Assembly: GCA_965214835.1 (NCBI GenBank)
Contig: CBDCCK010000002.1
Span: 2,176,001 to 2,240,000 of the forward strand
Reading direction: 5' to 3'
DNA: 64,000 bases
Source: Nitrosopumilaceae archaeon
GTDB lineage: Archaea; Thermoproteota; Nitrososphaeria; Nitrososphaerales; Nitrosopumilaceae
The notes under the pieces are model-generated. The model was not told the DNA's origin. It saw only the letters and a list, made by a program, of their open reading frames with translations, and ran no database searches. How positions within the stretch are numbered: position 1 is the first letter of the stretch; each line of letters opens with the position of its first letter. Positions 60,617-64,000 of the stretch are shown in pieces. The translations under genes and the position numbers were made by a program.

Positions 60617-62322
60617 ATGAGCGTCGAAACCACGAACCCCCCCCCCCGAGTAATGGAAGGTTGTACTTTGGTGACAATCTGGATGTTCTAGACGACATCG
60701 ACGAGGGATCCATAGATTTGATCTATCTTGACCCTCCCTCCAAATCGGACCGGGATTACAACGTGCTTTTCACGACTAGGAACGACAATGATTCACCAAT
60801 ACAGATCAAGGCGTTTGAGGACACGTGGACATGGGGCGAGGAATCCGCAATGTACTATCACCAGCTTCTTGGCAAGGGCAAGGTCATATCCGATGTCATA
60901 AGTGGGTTAAGGGAAGCCATAGGAACAAACGATATGATGGCGTATCTTGTAATGATGGCAATCCAGCTCCTAAAACTGCGCAGGGTATTGAAGGATACTG
61001 GAAGCCTGTACCTGCACTGCGACCCTACTGCAAGCCACTATCTCAAGATCATTCTGGATGCAATATTTGGGCCGCAGAACTTCAAAAACGAGATAATCTG
61101 GAAAAGGTCGGACAGTCACCCGCTATCCATCAAAAAATTTGAGGCCATAACAGACACGATACTGTTTTACTGGAAATCATCAAATGGTTATTTTTCATCA
61201 GTGACCAAACCCATGGATGCCGAGTCAATAGACAAGTTATACGACCGCAGTGACCGACATGGCCGTTATTATGCCGATAACCTAGCAGGAGGTAAAGCTG
61301 GGGGGGGGGGAAAGGAGGCATATCTTCCGTTTAAGGGAGCACTTCCACCAAAGGGCAGGGCCTGGGCGCCGCCTACTCGTGAAAAACTACTGGAATGGGC
61401 CAGAGACAAACTGCCAGCAAACTATGAAAAACTGAACCAGCTTGAAAAATGCGAGGCCTTGGACGAGATAGGTCTGATCTACTGGTCAAAAACCGGAAAA
61501 CCGTACTTCAAGCGGTATCTTCCGAAAAACCCCACAAAATTTGTGCCAAGCCTGTGGGACGACATCAAGGCACTGTCTGCAACATCAAGGGAACGCATGG
61601 GATATCCCACTCAGAAACCCGTTGCGCTGCTGGAACGCATCATAAATGCCTCATCAAAGGAAGGCGATGTCGTGCTTGATCCCTTTTGTGGATGCGGTAC
61701 GGCAGTACATGCATCGCAAAAATTGCATCGCAGGTGGATTGGGATTGACGTAACACACCTTGCGATAGGGCTTATAGAATATCGTATGAAGAAGGCGTTT
61801 GGGGTAAGGCCCGAAGTGAAGGGAATACCGATTACACTAGAGTCCGCGAGGGATCTGGCAAAGCGCGACAAGTACCAGTTTGAGGTGTGGGCAGCCACAA
61901 GGATAGACGGCATAATGCCAAACCAGAAGAAGGGCAGGGACAAAGGAATTGACGGCAGGGGATACATCCACACTGGTTCAGATTTCAATGGTGATCCCAA
62001 ATATGAGAAAGTGATAGTCTCCGTTAAAGGAGGACATCAAATAGGTCCTGCAATGATCCGTGACCTCAAGGGAACGGTGGAGCACGAAGGTGCGGGGTTT
62101 GGCATATTCGTATGCATAAAGGAGCCAACACCCGAAATGAAAAAAGAGGCCGCATCCAGCGGCATGACCGAGACCCCGCTAGGTGCAAAGCATCCAAAGA
62201 TTCAGATTTACACAGTCAGGGATTATTTTGACGGGAGGCTTCCAAACCTGCCCCGGATCAATAGCATCATGCAGGCACCTGTTCCAGAGAAAAAGCGGGT
62301 GGGAAAACAGACTACGTTCTAA
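60617..62322 (+). CDS. Beta-class amino DNA methyltransferase fused to a C-terminal Mrr-like endonuclease domain; ATG at 60617 is out of frame across a C11 tract
   Basis: YFGDNL, LIYLDPPS, GYPTQKP, DPFCGCGT; GRDKGIDG...IVSVKGG; continuous ORF from 60661. Confidence 0.88.
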
Positions 62323-62566
62323 TTTACAGGATAGTCTTATCTGCCGATGTGTCCCAGCTGAAATCTCCCACCGATGACTTCCCAGTTCCCAGAGAAGATC
62401 AAGGGTGCTAGATGCTTTGAAGGAAATGCCATGATGAGAAAACCAGAAGCCGCCTTCGTGGCTAGGACACCATCGTTTCAATTCGGAGAAAATCCGCATC
62501 CCTGTCGCCTGGGATTGTGTGGCCGCGCGCTGCAAGCGTTAAATCTTAACATGCGTCATTTGTGGT

Positions 62567-62923
62567 ATGAACTGGTTCCTGCTAGGCCTGGCAGTTGCCA
62601 TCGGCGGTGTCTGCGGCAGCATGATTGCCGGCGTCATGGGGTGTGATGATGACATATGCGGGCCCGGGCCGATCCCGGGAGTCGACCTGTCTGGATTCCT
62701 CATGGGTGCGGTGGCAGCCGGGATGCTCGTCATGGTAATATCAGAGTTCTCCTGGGATCGGAGAGGGGAATACATCGGCATCAGGGGCCACCGGAATGTC
62801 CGGCACCGAATAATCCAAAGGGCGGGGGACATTCTCTCCGGCGTCATATCATGGATTCTGACCAGCGCGATACTGGCAGTATCAGTCGTGCTTGCATACA
62901 TTGCATTTGGGTGGGAGTTTTGA
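62567..62923 (+). CDS. Small membrane protein (about 3 TM segments)
   Basis: Three hydrophobic stretches in 118 aa. Confidence 0.55.
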   Translation: MNWFLLGLAVAIGGVCGSMIAGVMGCDDDICGPGPIPGVDLSGFLMGAVAAGMLVMVISEFSWDRRGEYIGIRGHRNVRHRIIQRAGDILSGVISWILTSAILAVSVVLAYIAFGWEF

Positions 62924-63315
62924 TTCTCCGGTACTGTGCGGCGGTCACTGACAGCAGACTGATTTCTTGTACGAGTTCACATCAATGGTGTTGCTGCACG
63001 AGTCGCATATCCACCACGACCTGGGCTTCAGCAGCCAGATTGTCGGAGAGTATCCTTCAGCCCTCATGGCGTTGCCGCATCTCGGGCATGAGAGTCTCAC
63101 GTTTGTCACACTGTATTGGGTTGGCAGCGTATTTAAGGCTGGGATTGTGCCGGCCGACGGCGCCGGAACCGGGGTTCGGGAAGACGACGAGTGAAAGAAG
63201 ATAGTCCGGAGCGCCAGAACCGGGGCATCTTACAGGTGGCACCGTCACACGCCAGGCTGCCAATCCCGACAGGTTTACAAAAGTTTATGAGAGAGGCTCC
63301 ACATGATACAGGCTG

Positions 63316-64000
63316 TTGGAAGGTATAAGGGAAAACCCCATCACGTACTCGCTAAGGGAGGTCCCGGTTGACTCCATTACCGTGTGGGAGGAGGCCCAAT
63401 CAAGAAAGCTTGACGGCGCAGACATCGACTCGCTTGCCCGCTCCATAAGGACAGAGGGGCTGCAGAATCCCCCGATGGTGCAAAAAGACGGCGCAAACTC
63501 GTACCTGCTCATGGCAGGACAGAGGAGGCTTGCCGCGCTCAAGAGGCTTGGCTCCAGGACGATCCCGGTCCTGGTACTCTCCAGGAACAGCTCGTGCGGT
63601 ATCGAGGACGCAAAGGCGGTATCGATAATTGAAAACCTGCACAGAAGGGACATGTCTGCATCCGAGATGGCCGCATCATGCGTGTTTCTGGCAGAAAAAC
63701 TCGGGGCTACTGCCGCCGCAAAGGCGCTTGGGATCAACCGCGCCACGTTCCGGGAGTACCTCGGGTATGGCGCGGTACCTGACAGGATAAGGGAGATGGT
63801 CCCAAAGGTGATATCCAAGAGGGACGCAATCAGGATATGCAGGGTCGTTACTGCCCCGTCCGATGCACTGGATTTGATTGAGCGGATTTCCGGCTATGAT
63901 CACGCGCAAAAAGGAAGGTACATTGACGCGCTGGAGCAGCTTGGAGGCGGGGCCGAGCACTCTGAAATCCAGAGGCTTGCAAACTCGTTTCGGGCAAGGC
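63316..64000 (+). CDS. ParB/Spo0J-family protein (runs off the window end)
   Basis: Manual translation: LARSIRTEGLQNPPMV...LMAGQRRLAALKRLG...IIENLHRRD then HTH. Confidence 0.88.
   Translation, partial: MEGIRENPITYSLREVPVDSITVWEEAQSRKLDGADIDSLARSIRTEGLQNPPMVQKDGANSYLLMAGQRRLAALKRLGSRTIPVLVLSRNSSCGIEDAKAVSIIENLHRRDMSASEMAASCVFLAEKLGATAAAKALGINRATFREYLGYGAVPDRIREMVPKVISKRDAIRICRVVTAPSDALDLIERISGYDHAQKGRYIDALEQLGGGAEHSEIQRLANSFRAR

Noticed and set aside
1-64000. Canonical CRISPR array, cas genes, rRNA or provirus
   Set aside because: No array with three or more repeats, and no cas, rRNA, capsid or integrase signatures were seen.

Overview
Chromosomal window from an ammonia-oxidising-archaeon-type genome (Nitrosopumilaceae, Thaumarchaeota/Nitrososphaerota). 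The assignment is inferred from the gene set: CdvA, CFI-box-CTERM surface protein, F420 ligase, long ThyX and proteasome beta. Moderate-to-high GC and a heavy IS load suggest a host-associated lineage, but this is inference. Intact core genes include ino1, smc, proS, argS, serB, cofE, trxB, thi4, sulfite reductase with rhodanese, egtB/egtD, DRG GTPase, trmI, psmB, hom, msrB, thyX and cdvA. They are interleaved with nested and decaying IS110, IS66, IS3, IS481 and IS5 elements and several MITE families with visible target-site duplications. Most notable observations: (1) an archaeal IS110 whose left non-coding end carries two guide-like segments exactly matching both halves of its reconstructed target site (bridge-RNA candidate); (2) isolated repeat-spacer-repeat scars of CRISPR dimensions (35-37 bp duplication around a 36-39 bp insert) inside unrelated genes, resembling off-target Cas1-Cas2 integration; (3) a decayed DprA + phosphoribosyltransferase (ShosTA-like) module split by IS3; (4) an atypical GAA-anticodon tRNA with a degenerate upstream half-copy; (5) a DNA methyltransferase-endonuclease gene with C11 and G11 tracts (possible phase variation). 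All calls were made by eye from the sequence; no database searches were run.
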